The notes under the pieces are model-generated. The model searched no databases, was not told the origin of the DNA, and worked only from the letters and a program-made list of their open reading frames with translations. From NCBI RefSeq assembly GCF_009914755.1, contig NC_060935.1: a stretch of 64,000 nucleotides of DNA. One strand, 5' to 3'. The position numbers and the translations under genes are program-made. This document shows positions 27,981 through 53,047 of this stretch, in pieces. Position 1 is the first letter of the stretch; each line of letters begins with the position of its first letter. Source of the DNA: the human T2T-CHM13v2.0 reference genome, Homo sapiens.

Positions 27981-30442
27981 ATAGGAATTTTGTTAATAAG
28001 GCGGGGGGAGAATGAACATTGGGTAGGCAGCTAGCAGCATCTGCCATAGTGTGTTTTATGAGTCATAGATCCTGTCTCTAAATAGGTTGTTATTTGTTTT
28101 GGTTTTTTGTTTGTTTTACTAAAAAGCAATGGGTAATGCAGTGGGTCCAGGGGAACTTTTTTAAATGGTAGAGTGCAAGGACCACTCTGAGAACTGCTGA
28201 TTATGTAGGTCTGGGCTGGGTCTATAATTCTCCATTATGGACGGGCACGCCAGGTCATCTGAGGGCAGGTGGTTGCGGGAATACATTTTGAGAAACACCG
28301 AATGTCAGGTAGTTTAGCAAAAGCGACTTTATTTTATTTCTGTTAGCTTTTTGCCTCACTCCTCTTGAGGGTATACTTTATTTTTTAATTATCTGCTTTG
28401 GTCAACATAAATCAATGTATAGTCTTAGAAGTCGTTCATTGTAGAAGGTTTTCATTGAGTTTATACTGAGTATAGAACCCTAGCGGCAATTACTTTCAAT
28501 GCTTTGGGTTGTGTTTTTCTGATATTACCATATTCTAAATAGCATGCAGATACGGGCCATTTCTTCTTCTCTTTTCCAGTTCTGGATGACATCTATTGAC
28601 ATCCTACCAAGAAGGATGAGGGTTTCGCTCCTTTACACCCCCACCCTCCCTCTCACCTTCACATCCCTTTCTTTTAAGTTCCCAGTACGGTTATATCCTA
28701 AATTTTTGATATGTCAATGTTTGGTGTATATATTATTCCCAACTAAGGCACATGATACACCATGATCTTTACATTTCCCTTCTTGACCAGTCTTTCCCCC
28801 AACCCCCTGGAATGGGGTGTAGGAGTTGCTACATTTTCTTTAGTTGTTTGAGAACTCATCACCAAGAAGTCATTTCCTGGAGCCAAGGAAACTCATGGGG
28901 GCCCTCTGAGTGCTGCTAATTGCATGGAGCTGTTGAGTGGGGAGGAAACGCCAGGCCGCCATCAAGAAGCATTTGGGGTAAATTTTCCAAGCACATCTGA
29001 AAAGACAGAGTCTAGAACCTCCACGGTCCCTGTCTGTTGTGATTTATTTTCTCATTCTAAATACACACACACTTTTTTTTTCTGTCTAGGCCATCTCTTG
29101 TGGAATACATATGTACTTTCATACCCAATTATGTACAGTTTTTGTAATTTTACGCCTTTTTCTTAAAGAAGGCTCCCAAAAGTGTATAAGATTCAGGCCC
29201 CATAAGATGCGGTTGCTTTTTGAGCTTGTGCCCATTTGAGATGTCACTTTTCTTCCTTCACACTTGCTTGCTGGTTTGGCTGGGTATGGGATATTAATCA
29301 GAAATCATTTCCCGTACGAATTTTGAAAACATTGCTCTATTTTATTCTACTTTCTTACGGTGCTGTTGAGAGGCTGATGCCATTCTAATTCCTGATCCCT
29401 TGTATTTTGTTCTAATCTCTGGGCATTTGTAGGGTTTTCTTTATTGTTCATATTCTGATATTTCATGATGTTGTTATTTAACGTTGGGGTGGGTTTTTTG
29501 GCGGGGTGGGGGGAATACAGGGAGGTATCCGTCACTGTCCTAAGTATTTTCTAGGCCTTTTCAATCCAAAAAGTACATTCTTCAGTTCTGAGTGGTTTTC
29601 TTCTGTTATATAATTTCCTCGTTCTTTCTTTCTGAAACTTAAATTACTTAGACTGAATCTGAAAATGGGATCTCTTGGATCTGTCTTGTAATTTTATCTT
29701 TTTTATTTTAAAAAATATCCCATGTTTTTTTAGTTCTAATAAATCTTCCAACAATGCTATTAAATGTTTACATTCTACCATTATATTTTTAATTCTCAGG
29801 AGCTTTTATTGGCGAGAGGTGTGGTCTTCTGAATGGTTTTTACAGTATCCTGTTCTCATTTCATGAACGCAGCATCTTCTCTTCTTTCTCCAAGCATATT
29901 AACTCAGTACTTTTTCTACATTTTAGAAGTTTTCTTCAGCTACCTACAATGTCTGTGTCTATTTTCAAAGTGACGTTTAATGTTGCTTTTGGCCTGCCTT
30001 TCACGTTGGAAGCTTTATACATGTTTGGGGATGGTGTGCGTCATCTGTGAGCATGGCTTGTAGGTTGGCTGGCTTCATTGCAGGGTGGTTAAGCAGAGAA
30101 GGCCTTTTTGATGGCTTATCATCATCTGTCTCTAGTGCTTTCTAGTACATATAATGGGTTTCTCTGTAGAAAGATCTCATTTCTAGCCATTTATTCCTGT
30201 TTGAGAAAAGTCACATAATAACTTAGATGTATTTATTATGTCATCTGCTTAATAGCGGAGGTTCTTGTTGTAAGGTGGACAGGTGGAGGTCTAGGATTCA
30301 AAATGGGAAATGTGTCCTTGACTCCGCCTGCACTTTGAAGTTGCTGATGTTCTCCATGTTTTATTTTCTATTGAAAAAGCTCTGAGATACTAGGGAATGA
30401 AAACTCTTTGACTACATGTACAACTAATTTACTTTTTGATAA

Positions 30443-30779
<337 letters not shown>

Positions 30780-32259
30780 TGGGAAAATATTTTTCTAATA
30801 TCTCTAGAATTTGGGACAGAATTTCTGTCCTTGAAGGTCACCCTCCAAATCCATGCAATTTTTCCCTTCTGCAGCCCCACAGTGATCATCAAAACTTGGA
30901 GCAGATTCATGTTTTTTATTTTTTTCCTGGGAAAGTTTTAGATCACGTGAAGGGAACAGATACTACGTTTGATAGGAATCGTTCCTGCTTTAGCTTCTTA
31001 AGGCCTCTCACTTGGAAAGCCTGCCCATTAGACCCTGATTTTTTGCTGTTAGCTTTTCCTTCTTAGGCGACTTCAACAAAGACTGCAAACTCCCTGACAG
31101 CACAGGCCCAGGCTTGTCACCCCTGCAACTCCATCTCCCAGAACAGTGCCTTATGCATAACAGGTACTTGATAAATGTTAGTTGACTTAAATTGACCCTA
31201 TTATCTGTTTTAAACTAGCCCTTCCTACCTGTCCCCTTGCTATTTCCTCTGTTTCTGTTAAATCTTTTTATGTCACCACCTCTTGGATGATGCTACCTCA
31301 TTCTCAAATCTGATGGTATGGAATAGCTATAAGAAAACAAACTTGAAAGATCTCTAACTACTAGGACTCTAAGTAGAATTTCCTGGATTGAAAACTCCCC
31401 ATATCACCCTACTAAATATCTAATTATTTCTTAGGTTATCACCAACCACCCTGCATCGAGTCCCTCCTGAGCCACAGTTCAGTTTGGATTATTTTTTTCC
31501 TCATGTTCCATCCCTTGACTGTAGTGCCCTTCCCTTCCTTCCAGTGTCTTTGATCGGCCTGCACTTTGATCCAGAGCTTCTCTTTGATCTGTTCTAATGG
31601 TCATTTTTCTGCCTCCTCCCCTACATTGATCTACAATCTGGCATATTTTATACATTATACAAAGCTCATTGTTGTGCTCATTTCAGAATACCTACCTGTC
31701 AATCACACAGACATCTTTTCAAACCTAACTCAGACCCACAATGAAAGTCCCTCTCTTCTGGCCATTACTGAGATAGCTCCTGCTTCGGTCTCACTGGGGC
31801 TGTTTATTTCTCTATGGGAGGCTCTAGAACAGTAACTAAACTACAGTGCAAAACAGTGATCTATAGATTACTGTTTCTCAATCGTCAGCACTAACAATAG
31901 AGTCTAAACTCCCAGGGACCTGGAGACTTGTCTGAGAACAGCCTGGCATAAGTGCAGTCTCTCTTAATACTAAAAAATATATGCTACCCCACAATATGTC
32001 TGTATCTGTTTTAAAATGAAAATCATTTTTCCAGAATCTTTAGGTGAAATTGATACTCCAGGATTATGTTCATCTTGTGATTTCAGATATCATCTGGGGG
32101 GAAAGGATTCACACATATGCCAGTCTGTGAGACACAGTAGTAGAAATCAAGGGACTTACCTAGCTCTAAGAATTGTATGAAAATAGTAACGGTACCAACA
32201 ATTTTACCAATGGCTAGATTTAGGAGATGGTGTTCTCTTGATTCAAGATGAAGGCTAAG

Positions 32260-33425
32260 CTGCATCAGTTCAGTTCAGTTTAAGAACTATTATTATGTAT
32301 CAAGCTTGTGCTAGTTTTTGATGGAGATGATAAGGTCTCCACTCTTGAAGATTCTGTAGACTAATGGGCAAGACATATGTCACTATATAATTTTAATATA
32401 ACATGGTAAGTGATAAAAAATCATGGTATGTATGAGGTCCTTTGAAAACACAGAGGTGAGGCGCTTAGCCCAGCCTGGAGATTCACAGAGGCTTCCTGGA
32501 GGAAATAAGGCCTAAATATGGAAACCAAGTAAGAGGAATGAAAAGGACGTGCAATTTAGAGGGGACAACATGAGCAAAGGGGACACTGTCAGGTTCACGG
32601 TGGGGAGAATTGGGAGGTGACACTGGAGAGGAGCCACATTCAGGTATACCCAATGCAAGGGGACGTGGACCCCTCCACAGGCTGCTGGTTAGCCAATGGA
32701 ACATTTTCCATCCTCCAGTAGTGTAGTCAGATGTACACGGAAGGTGGATGACTGGCTGCGGGGTGGAAGAAGAATTCATGGACAGCAGGACTAGAGGCCT
32801 CGCAGTGTTTAGGAAAAAGACAATGAGAGACCAAATGAGATCATTGCTGCAGGCACAGAAGGGAAAGAGAAAATACCAGGATACTTGGGGAAGCGAATTT
32901 AGCAGAATTTTGATGTCTTTGGGGGCAATGGTGAGGGGAGAAGAGAGTCCAGAATGACTCCCAAGATTCTGGCTTTCTGGGTGACTGGACATTAAGCCAT
33001 TAACTAAGTTTGGGATATGAGAAGAGAAGCCGATTTGGTGGGGAAAGAAGATGGTGAGTTCAGTCTTGGAAATACTGACTTGAGGTGTCTAAGAAACATC
33101 TATACGTTTATGTGCATGTCTGTCTGTTCAGCAGGTTGTTGGATCTATGAGTCTGAGACTTAGAGACAAGGCCAGAGCTGGAGATGAAGTTGTGGGAGTC
33201 ACCATTGTGCAAGTGGTGATTAATCCATGGGTGTGCGTGAGAGTTCTTGCAAGGGGAAGAGGAAACGGAAGTAAGGGCTTATGCAAGGAGGACTGTTGAG
33301 TAAAGTGGAAGGCCCAGCCTCTGCCTGCTCACTAATGTCAGTGCTGAACAAGCCCACTGGCAGTGGATGCTGAGGGAAGGAAGGAAGGAGTCTGTCTGTA
33401 AGCTTGAGCACTTTTTCCAAGAGGT
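32260..33425 (-). mobile_element. L2 fragments
   Basis: Purine-rich degenerate L2 motifs (aatgactcccaagattctggc, gatggtgagttcagtcttgga, ggagtcacca). Confidence 0.6.
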
Positions 33426-33909
33426 GGAGAAGGCAGAGAGCCCAAGCCTTGAAGAAATGTTCCTTAGTGGCCTGGCATCTTGGAAATTTGACTCCATGAC
33501 TTTGGAGAGATCTTTCCATTATTATTTTCCTTGAGCGCCCAGAAAGAGAATTCTGAACTAAATGTATTCTTTCCCATGGCTGAGTTAAGGATAGTGTTAA
33601 TTACAGAAATATATGTAAGGTTTTTTTTTGTTTTTTTTTTTTGGTTGTTTGAAAACTAAACCCACCTTTGAAGTCCAGAGATGTCCTTTCACTCTAATGT
33701 ATGCTGAGGTGGCAACTGGTAACTGCTTCTTTGTAGGTAATAGCCGTAGCCTTAGTTTCATCCTCCCTTCTCCATGACTAAAACTTGCTCCAACTTCTGC
33801 ATTTTGTTTTTGTGATGTATTAATGAGGAGCAAAGACATAAAGGAATTTCAGAATTCAGAAGAGCCATGGAGAGTCCCTCTTCCAAACTCCCTATTTAAC
33901 AAATAAAGA

Positions 33910-34222
<313 letters not shown>

Positions 34223-34291
34223 ATAGGACCCTGAGAGGCTATGTGTCTTGCTCAAGGTCACAGAGTGAATTCCTAGCAGCATTCAGGCTAG

Positions 34292-34652
<361 letters not shown>

Positions 34653-34849
34653 TCCAATTTATTTTTCATTCTCGAATTCAGGATCCAGCAAAACTGCCTA
34701 ATTTTCATGACAGTTTGAAGAAAGGCCCAGATCAAATGCCTCCCGCTCTGTGAGGCCTGCCCAGTTTCTCAGGTGAGAGTTACCCACTTTGTGTGCTATG
34801 TGCTAGGACTGCTACCAGTACGTCCCAGGACAATCAGTCTTTCACAAGT

Positions 34850-35720
<871 letters not shown>

Positions 35721-37703
35721 TATACAGCTGTCTACTAGATTATAAACTCCTTGCAGATAAAACTATTCATTTCATCATTATCCATTGTATTATTTCCTTA
35801 GCACCCAGAAGAATCCTGTATTTAATTGGCTCATATGGAAAATTTTAGAAAGAGAGAGACAGCAGGGCTGAGACTATCTTCTGCTCAGGAACCAAAACGA
35901 GCTGGGAGGTAACAGAATTCTTTTTCATAGTAATTGTATTCCATATCATGGTGAAATCGTGCCAGAACAAGCTTCAGACTCTTTCTGGTCTTACTCCTTC
36001 TGACCGTGCTGTTCCCAAGAACCTCCCACACAGGAAATAACAATGATGGCAGTAGCTGTCAAATTCTAAAGACGGGGATAGACTCTGGACCTCCTCAGGC
36101 CCCTGAGCCCACTGTAGAGCAGGGACGTGACTTAGTTGAAGTTCAGGACTGCGGCCACAGTCACACCACCTGTAAGCAATGGAGGACTTTCAACACAGAA
36201 CTCTCTGCTTCCCCTGCATTCTGTTACTAAGCAGCTCATAGAACGTGAAGAGGTATTAACCTTGTTATTTGCAGAGTTACAAAAAGCTGAGTCAGGTAGG
36301 TTTGGCTGTATTCCAAAGCAAACCCAGACCAGAAGCCACCTGAGAGTTCCTGCCGGCAAGGACAAATTCAGAATGTAGAAAAACGATGAAAATAAATATT
36401 CTATGATCACCCTATAACCTACTTCCTTACTGACCAAACACACGTCTCATTCCCATTAACAAGTTATGCTCAGCCACTGCCCTCTCTAGGATTATGTGAT
36501 GTTAAACAGTAATTCTGCCCATTTAGGGTCAGCTACTCAAAAGCAAAGAACAGCAACTTTAGGTCAAAATATGTTCTTCTAGGAGAGAAGCCCAAGTCTC
36601 TCCCCTATTATTGCACGAATAGTGTACCAGCACCAGACTAGAGAGGAAGTTAACACTTATTAAACATGTATTCTAGTCACCTGCTAGACATTTTCAGGTA
36701 AGCCTCACAGGATCCCTCCAAGGTGGTATTAATGTCCCTGTTTTAGAAGGAGGAGTACTGAGATTCACAGACATTAGAGAACTTGTCCAAGGTCTTACCA
36801 GTAAAAGTGGCAAAACCAGGACTGAACTTAGGTCTGACACTACATAGTTCATATTCTATTATGTGACTATATTCCTCCTTAAAGGAAAATTTAGGAATTC
36901 AGTTTCCTTTAGGAAGATGTAGGAAATAGAATGTACTAAAACTAAGATAACAGTTGACTTAAGTCTTTTCTAACTCAGCCTTCCTCAGGCCCATGTGTGA
37001 GTTGGTTTCTATCCTTTCCCTGAAACTCTTGGGCACATAGGAACATAATGTCTGTTTGATTTTACTTTTAAGTATATTCTTTTGGTCAGTCCCAATCTGA
37101 CAAAATTTTAAGATTTAATGCATTCTATCCATGCAAGAGAATTACATGTGGTTTTGCTTGTAAAGAAGGTGGGAATGATATAGGGTAAAGAGAGTAAGTG
37201 ACATTATCTAGTTCACTCCCACCATATGGATGATTGGCTGCAAGTGCCTCTCAGCCTTTGCATGTGTTATTTGCTCTGACTAGAACTCTGCCCACACTAC
37301 CTGACTAATGCCTGTGTGTTTTTCCAGGAAGCTTTCATGACACTACCCTCTATAATCTTTCTCCTGTTTCCTCCAGGCTGAATAGGAATCCTCCCTTTGT
37401 TTTCATTGTTATTAGTGTTCTCTGTATACTCTAGTAAAGTATTTTTATATGAATCATAATAGTTTAATTAATCAGCCTTCTGATTCACAGTTTAAGCTGG
37501 TTATAGGCAAGGTCCTTCTGTAAAGAGTTGATGAAATCTACTTTTAAGAGTAGAAAGATAGACAAGATGCCAAGACAATTCAATAGGGAAAAAGAATAGT
37601 CTTATTAACAAATGGCTGGGACACTTGGATATTCACATGTGAAAGAATAAAGTTGGATCCCTACCTCACACCATATACAAAAGTTAAGTCAAAATAGATC
37701 AGA

Positions 37704-38080
<377 letters not shown>

Positions 38081-38601
38081 TTAAGCAGTGGTTTCTTGGA
38101 TATAACATCAAAAGCACAAACAAAAGAAAAAAAACAGATAAATTGGACTTCATCAAAATTACAAGCTTCTGTACTTCAAGGACAGCATCAAGAAAAGACA
38201 ACTCACAGAATGGGAGAAAATATTTGCAAATAATATATCTGATAAGAAACCTATATCTAGAATAAAGAACTATTACAACTCAATAATAGACAAGTAATCC
38301 AATTAAAATGGGCAATGTATTTGAGTAGGCATTTCTCCATGTGCCCAATAAGCACATGAAAAGATGCTCAACATCACTAATCATTACGGAAACAAAACAA
38401 CAAAATACCACTTCATACCCACTAGAATGGCTAAATGAAAAAAGACATAACAAGTGTTGGCAAAGATGTGAAGAAATTGGAACTCTAATACATTGCTGGT
38501 GGGATTGTGAAAGGGTCTAGCCACTTTTGAAAAGTCTGACAGTTTCTCAAAATGTTAAACATAGAGTTACCATCTGACCAAGTATTCCACTCCTAGGTAT
38601 A

Positions 38602-39277
38602 CAGTCATCACCCTTTATCTGCAGGGGATATGTTCCAAGACCCCCAGTGGATGCTAAAACCATGGATAGTTAGTTCCAAACCTTATATACACTATATTTT
38701 TTCCTAGATGTATATACCTATGATAAAGCTTATATAAATTAGGTATAGTAAGAGATTAACAATAATAGGACTGTATTAGAACTATATGTGTACTAGAACA
38801 ATTACAACAATATACTGCTCACAATTTCATGGATGAAGATTCATTTTTACTGTAGATCTTGGCAATCTCAGCGTACTAATTTTTTCTTTCGTTATTAAGA
38901 ACTTTCATGCTTCCACTTAAACAAAACACTTGACAACTTCTCTTTGGCATAATCGAACTGCCAGCATCACTACTTTTTCATTTTGGAGCCATTAGGTAAA
39001 ATAAGGGTTACATGAACACAAGCACTATGATACCATGACAGTCAACCTGATAATCCAGACAGCTTACTAAGTGACTAATGGTTATGCTGGAGAAAGCGAT
39101 GATTCATATCCAGGGTGGGATGGCATGAAATTTCCTTATGCTACTCAGAATGGTGTGCCATTTAAAATTTCTAAATTATTTGTTTCTTGAAGTTTCGATG
39201 TAATGGTTTTGGACCACAGTTGACTGCAGGTAACTGAAACTGCAGAAAGCAAATCCATGGATAAGGGGAGACTACTG
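38602..39277. mobile_element. MER44 (Tigger7 derivative) DNA transposon
   Basis: TIRs cagtcatcaccctttatc / gataaggggagactactg at a TA site; the host L1 sequence is continuous across it. Confidence 0.8.
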
Positions 39278-39440
39278 CATATCCAAGAGAAATAAAAACA
39301 TCTGTACACACAAAAACATGCAATTCTTCACAGCATCATTATTCATAACAATTCAAACGTCCATCTACTAACAAGTGAATAAACAAAATGTGACACATCC
39401 ATACAATGGAATATTATTTGGCCATAAAAAGGAATGAAGT

Positions 39441-40126
<686 letters not shown>

Positions 40127-40580
40127 TTAATTTACATAAACTGTCTAAATTAGGCAAATCCACAGAGACGGAAAGCATATTGGTGATTGCCAGGGGTTGG
40201 GGGGCTGGCGGGAAACGGGAATGACCATCAATTTGTATGGGATTTCGTGGGGGGTTGGTAAAAGCATTTTAAAATTGAATAGTTGTAATTTTATATAAAA
40301 TTAGATAGCAATAATGGTTGCACAGCTGTTAGTAAACCAAAAAATACCAAATTAAACACCTTAAAAGGGTAAATTTTACGGTACGTAAATTATATGTCAT
40401 TAGGAGTGGGTTTCTTTTTAAGTAGAAGAGTAATGGCAAGAAAGTACAGAGAACCATCTTAGGGTGACTTTCAGAGCCATCAGGAAAAACTGTCACAGAA
40501 ATAAAAAGTAAAAAAACTTAGTAAGGTTGAAATCTTTGTAGCTTGTTATACACCTGAGAGTTATTTTTCGTATTGATTTA

Positions 40581-44452
<3,872 letters not shown>

Positions 44453-44646
44453 TGTGGTCTACCCACACAATGAAATACCATTCAGCCATCAAAAGGACTC
44501 AGTGGTGATTCATGCTTACAACATGGAGAAACCTGGGAAACATCGTGCCAACAGAAAGGGCCAGTCACAAAAGGCCACATATTATATAATTCAATTTATG
44601 AATTGAAAGGCAAACCTGTAGAAATATAAAATCGACTGGTGGCTGC

Positions 44647-45984
<1,338 letters not shown>

Positions 45985-47175
45985 TGTCCCCGGTCTCCAC
46001 CCAGAGAAGCCAGGGCGCCACCACCAGTCCCCGTTGTGAGCCACTGGACTCGAGAATGACCTAATGGCTTAACCTTGTACTATGACAGAGCCCAAGTTGC
46101 CTGAATTTTAATGATACAAAGAATTTTAATTATGCTAATTTTATCTTAATTTTTTTGTGAGACGGAGTTTCGCTCTTGTCGCTCTTCTTGCTTGTCTCAG
46201 CCAACATCTCATGAAAAACCTTCTAGGACAGCTGGCATACCTCCAATTCATTCTTTTTAACGGTTATATAATATCTCATAGTAAAGATAAAATATAATTT
46301 ATTCAGTCAAACACGTGGTTGGAACTGAGTAGAGGCCCAAGCTCTCTGGGATATTTGGGGATCTATTATTTTGTGTCTGCCACCACACACTGGGAGACAT
46401 TTGCTTTAACTCTCCACCTCTGGGAGCAACGTAATGTTAGAGAGTGCTGGTTGCCAAGCCTAGGCACTTGAGGAGAAAAACAAAATTCACTTTCCCCCTT
46501 TTTCTGATTCTTCCATTCATGTGGACATCTCTTCCTTCACCATTCCTGCTTTCCCCCTCTAAAATAAGGGAAAATTCCTGCTTTATTTTTTTAAAGCACC
46601 ATATCAAGTTTTACTTTTAACTACAGCCAAATGGCATCAACCATAATTTCTCCTTTCCTTGGCACCATTTCCTCTCTCTTCTGTGACTCTGCTTCCCTCT
46701 GGTTTCCTTGCTCCTCATTCTCCCTTACTCTTGCCTCCATTTTCTCTTTCTGACTCCTTCTACCTTATCTTCTATTTCACTTATCTCAAATGAGAGAGCG
46801 AGAGAAGGAAGGAGAGAGGGAGGGAGGGAAGGATCCAATGATCTCCCTAGATATGAAATAAAAAGGAACAGTTGCCCAAACCTCCAGTCTTCTTGGTTGC
46901 CAGCTTGGTTGCTATTTTTAATACTAGGCCATAGCAGCAGATCAGCTGGGGATTTAATAGGGAGATTCTGGAAATGAGAGTCATGGAAGTGTTGAGATGA
47001 GGTCTTCACACATCCCTGGCCGAGTGGAAAAGCTATGCATCTATAGGGAAGACCTGAGACAGCCCAGCAGAAAGTGAAAGGCAAAGTTACTACCTGTCCA
47101 AAACATTCAATCCTCCCCTCACACTCCCATTCTATCTCATGTGAAATTTAAAAAAAAGGAAATACATTGAAATAA

Positions 47176-47512
<337 letters not shown>

Positions 47513-48278
47513 TAAAAGCACTATCTGATATTTGTTTTCCTATTTGTAAGTTTGTCCTTAGATTGAAAGGTTTTGTTGTATATTGCCCACACCAGTTGTG
47601 TATATTAGGAAACACATTCCTTAAGTACTTTTTTATTTAACATGTATTTTATTTAAATGTTTTTAATGCTAAACCACAGCAGGGGCTTAGCCTATATTTG
47701 GAAAATGGGTTATCCAAATTATTTAGAAGTCCAAATTTTTATTGTTCTACTTGAAGTTATTTATTACCTTATTCCTCCTGTAACTAAAACTAACTCATCC
47801 TCCATCTCCTCCACGTGTTCCATAATGTAGCTAATCTAATGAACTAATCCATTAATTTGTTATTGGAAGAAATATAGCCCATCCCCATCAAATCAAAGTA
47901 CTCAGTCTTCTATGAATCATACATAAGTTTAAATAAATTTCTACAGACATGCTGCAGGCCCTGCTGTCCACTGGTGTGAATTTTAGACGAGGTAAAAGGG
48001 AAGGGTGGGTCTTGACAAGCTGGTATCAAGTACATAGAGGCAGACAAGGACTCTGCCTTTATTTCAGGTACTGCTTCTGAGAAAAATGAGGAAGTGCAGG
48101 GAGGAGGGAAGCCGGTTAGTCACTGTGCAGTTTTGACCTACATTTGCAAAGCTGGTTTTTCTGCACCTTTGCCTAGGAAAATGAAGTATAATAAGTTTGA
48201 TATTGAAAGGGACCTGTGTTAAACATTAAACAAACATGTAAATTTTTTATGTTCAAAGGAGGGTTTAAAAAGAAAGCG

Positions 48279-48566
<288 letters not shown>

Positions 48567-49249
48567 AACGAGGAGAAGGCCTTCCAGTTATGGCAGCACA
48601 AAGAGGCAGGCAATTTCTTTCTGTAAAAAAAAAAAAAAAAAAAAAAAAGCAACAAACAACCAAAAAATATATAAAACTAGACAAAATTGTTTATCAAAAC
48701 CAAGCATTTCAGGGAACTGGAAATTGACAAAATGCAGGCAAAAAATTGAGCAGCATTTATTCTTGAAAAACTACTAGATCTTCAGGCAAGTAGGAGATGG
48801 TGGCTTTTTTTGCCTGTGGCTGCTCCCATCACCCCCCAGCTCAGCCAATGACTTTTAAGTAAGATGGGGCTGGCCATGAAAACTGCCACACAAACAGATT
48901 CAATTCAGAGCAGTGGCTGGGGGGTTGAAAATCCTTGGCTTTGCTGGCTTAACATGGGAATGAACACTTGGAAATGAGCAGGACAAATCCACAGCTTCGC
49001 TAGCTTGAGGTTGCAGCCCCACTTGGGGCAAGCAGCAGGCCAACCAGGAATTTAACAGGGGGATTCTGGAAATGAGAATCAGAGAAGTATTGAAGTGAGC
49101 TCTTCACGCATCCCTGGCTGACTGAAAAAACTATGCATATATGGAGAAGACCTGAGAGAGCCCAGCAAGGGAGATAAGGGACTTGAAAACTGGCCTTCTC
49201 CAACCCCCACACAGAGGACTGACAGGGGTTGGAAGTGTAATGGGCTTGA

Positions 49250-49607
<358 letters not shown>

Positions 49608-50583
49608 TAAAAGAAAATATGATTTAAATGACTCGACAAATAGGGAATCTAAATAGAGAAATACAAACTGTAAAAAGAATTAAATGGAAATTCTGGAGTT
49701 GGAAGGTACAATTTCGAATTCACTAGATGGGCTCAATAGCAGATTTTGAGATAGTGGAAGAACCAGTGAACATGAAAATAGACCAATAGAAATGATCCAA
49801 TTCGAAAAACAGAAAGAAAAATGAAGACAAATGAACAGACCTTCAGACACACATGGGATGATGCTCAATGTCCCCACATACGTGTAATGGAAGCCGCAGA
49901 AAGGGAGAGAGAAAAAAATAAAGAAGTAATAGCTGAAAGCTTCCCAGGTTTGATGAAAAATATTGAATTGCAGATTTTTTTTAAAACTCAACCAACACTG
50001 AATTTAAAAAACACAAAGAGAACCACACAGGAAGGACAAAGCCAGAAGCATCACACTTCCTGTGTTCAAATTATATTATAAAGCTATAGCAATCAAAACA
50101 ATATAGTACTGGCATAAAAACACACATAGAGCAATGGAACAGAATTGAAAGCACAGAAATAAACCCACTCATATAAGGTTAACTAATCTTCTACAAGGTG
50201 TCAAGAACAAGAATGAGGAAAGAATAGTATCTTCAATAAATGGTGCTGGAAAAACTGGATATCCACATGCAAAAAAAAATAAGGAAATTGGATCTTTATC
50301 TTCCACCATATACAAAAATCAACTAAAGGTGGATGAAAGATTTAAATGTAAGACCTAAAATGGTAAAACTCCTAGAAGAAAATATGCAGGGAAAGATACA
50401 TGACATTGGTGCTAGCGTTGATTTCTTTTTTGATATGACAACAAAAGCACAGGCAACAAAAGCAAAAGTAAAGGAGTAGGATTGCATCAAAGTAAAAAGC
50501 TTTTGCATAGCAAAGAAAACCATGAAGAGAGTAAAGATACCCATAGAATGGGAGAAAATATTTGCAAACCATATATGCAATAA

Positions 50584-51294
<711 letters not shown>

Positions 51295-52939
51295 AAAAAG
51301 TGGGCAAAGGACCTGCATAGACATTTCTCTAAAGAAGACATACAATGGCCAAGTGGTTTATGAAAAGATGCTCAACATCACTAATCGTCAGGGAAATGTA
51401 AATCAAAGTCACAATAAGATATTACCTTATACCTGTTGGGATGGCTGTTGCCAAAAAATCAAAACAAAAAACAAAACAAGATTGGTGTGGATGTGGATAA
51501 AGGGAACCTTTACATACTGTTGGTGGGAATGTGAATTGGTACATCTATTATGGAAAACAGTGTGGAGGTTTCTCAAAAAATTAAAAATAGAGCTACCCTA
51601 TGATCCAGCAATTTCACTTCTGTGTATATATCGAAAGCAAATAAACTCCCTATCTTGAAAAGATATCTGCCCTCCCATGGTCACTGCAGCTTTGTTTGCA
51701 ATAGCCAAGATATGGAAACAATCTAAGTGTTCACTGATTGATGAATGGACAAAAAAAATGTGGTGTATATATATATAGAATGGGATATTATTCAGCCTTA
51801 AAAAAGAATGAAATCCTGCTATTTGCAACAACATGGATGAACCTTGAAGACCTTATACTAAGGGAAATAAGCCAGACACAGAAAAAATGCTGTGTGATCT
51901 CACTTATATGTGGAATCTAAAATAATCAAACTGGATATAAACAGAATAGAATACCTGTTACCAGGGTTCTGGAGCAGTGGGGGAAATGGGGAGATATTGG
52001 TCAAAGGGTACAAACTTGCAGTTATGAGTAAATTTTGGAGACCTAATGTACAGGAGGGTGACTATCATTAATAATAATATACTGGCCAGGCACAGTGGCT
52101 TATGTCTGTAATCGCAGCACCTTGGGAGTTTGAGGCGAGAGAATAGCCTGAACCCAAACATTCAAGACCAGCCTGGGCAACATAGCGAGACGTTGTCTCT
52201 ACAAAAAATTTTTTAAATTGGCCAGGCGTGGTGGCCTGCACCTGTAGTCCTAACTACTTATGAGGCTGAGGCGGAGGATCACTTGAGCCCAAGAAGTTCA
52301 GGGCTGCAGTGAACTATGATTATGCCACTGCACTCCACCCTCGGTGATAGGGCGAGACCCTGTCTCTAAAAATAATAGTAATAATAATAAACCTTATATT
52401 TGACATTTGCTAAGAGAGTAGATCTTAAGGATTCTCATTACAAAGGAAAGGAAAGGGTACCAGGTAAGGTGATAACTCTGTTAATTAGCTTGATCATACC
52501 AATCATTTCACAATGTATACATATATCAAATCATCATGTTATATACCCTGAGTATATACAATTTTTATTTGTCAATTATACCGCAATAAAGCTGAAAAAA
52601 TATTAAAGGACATCCTTCAGGTCGAAAGAAAATGAGGTTTTAGAGTTATTAAAATGGACAGAAAGAAATGAAGAACGCTGGAAATGGTAAATATGTGATT
52701 AAATATCAAAGAATATATATATATTCATGCTTTGAAAAATGTAAAATTGCTTCAAGAAATAATTGCCACACCATTAGTTTATAACCTAGACTTTATATAT
52801 TCTTAAATCTTAAAAACTTTATAACAAGCCCAAACATAAATATGATATGTACATATATGTGTACACACACACGCACACGTCTCTGCCTGTTTATTAGAGT
52901 GGCTTATTTAGTCCATTCATATATATTAATGGCTTATTT

Positions 52940-53014
52940 TGTGTGTGTGTATGTGTGTGTGTGTGTGTGTGTGTGTATGCATGAAGGAAGGGGTAGGAAA
53001 TAGAGCTATTATAG

Positions 53015-53047
<33 letters not shown>

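Noticed and set aside
32483-32992. 169 aa minus-strand ORF
   Set aside because: Lies within degenerate L2 sequence; no splice or family support.
46150-46182. Tiny Alu 3'-end fragment
   Set aside because: Likely a heavily truncated Alu; no TSD could be established.
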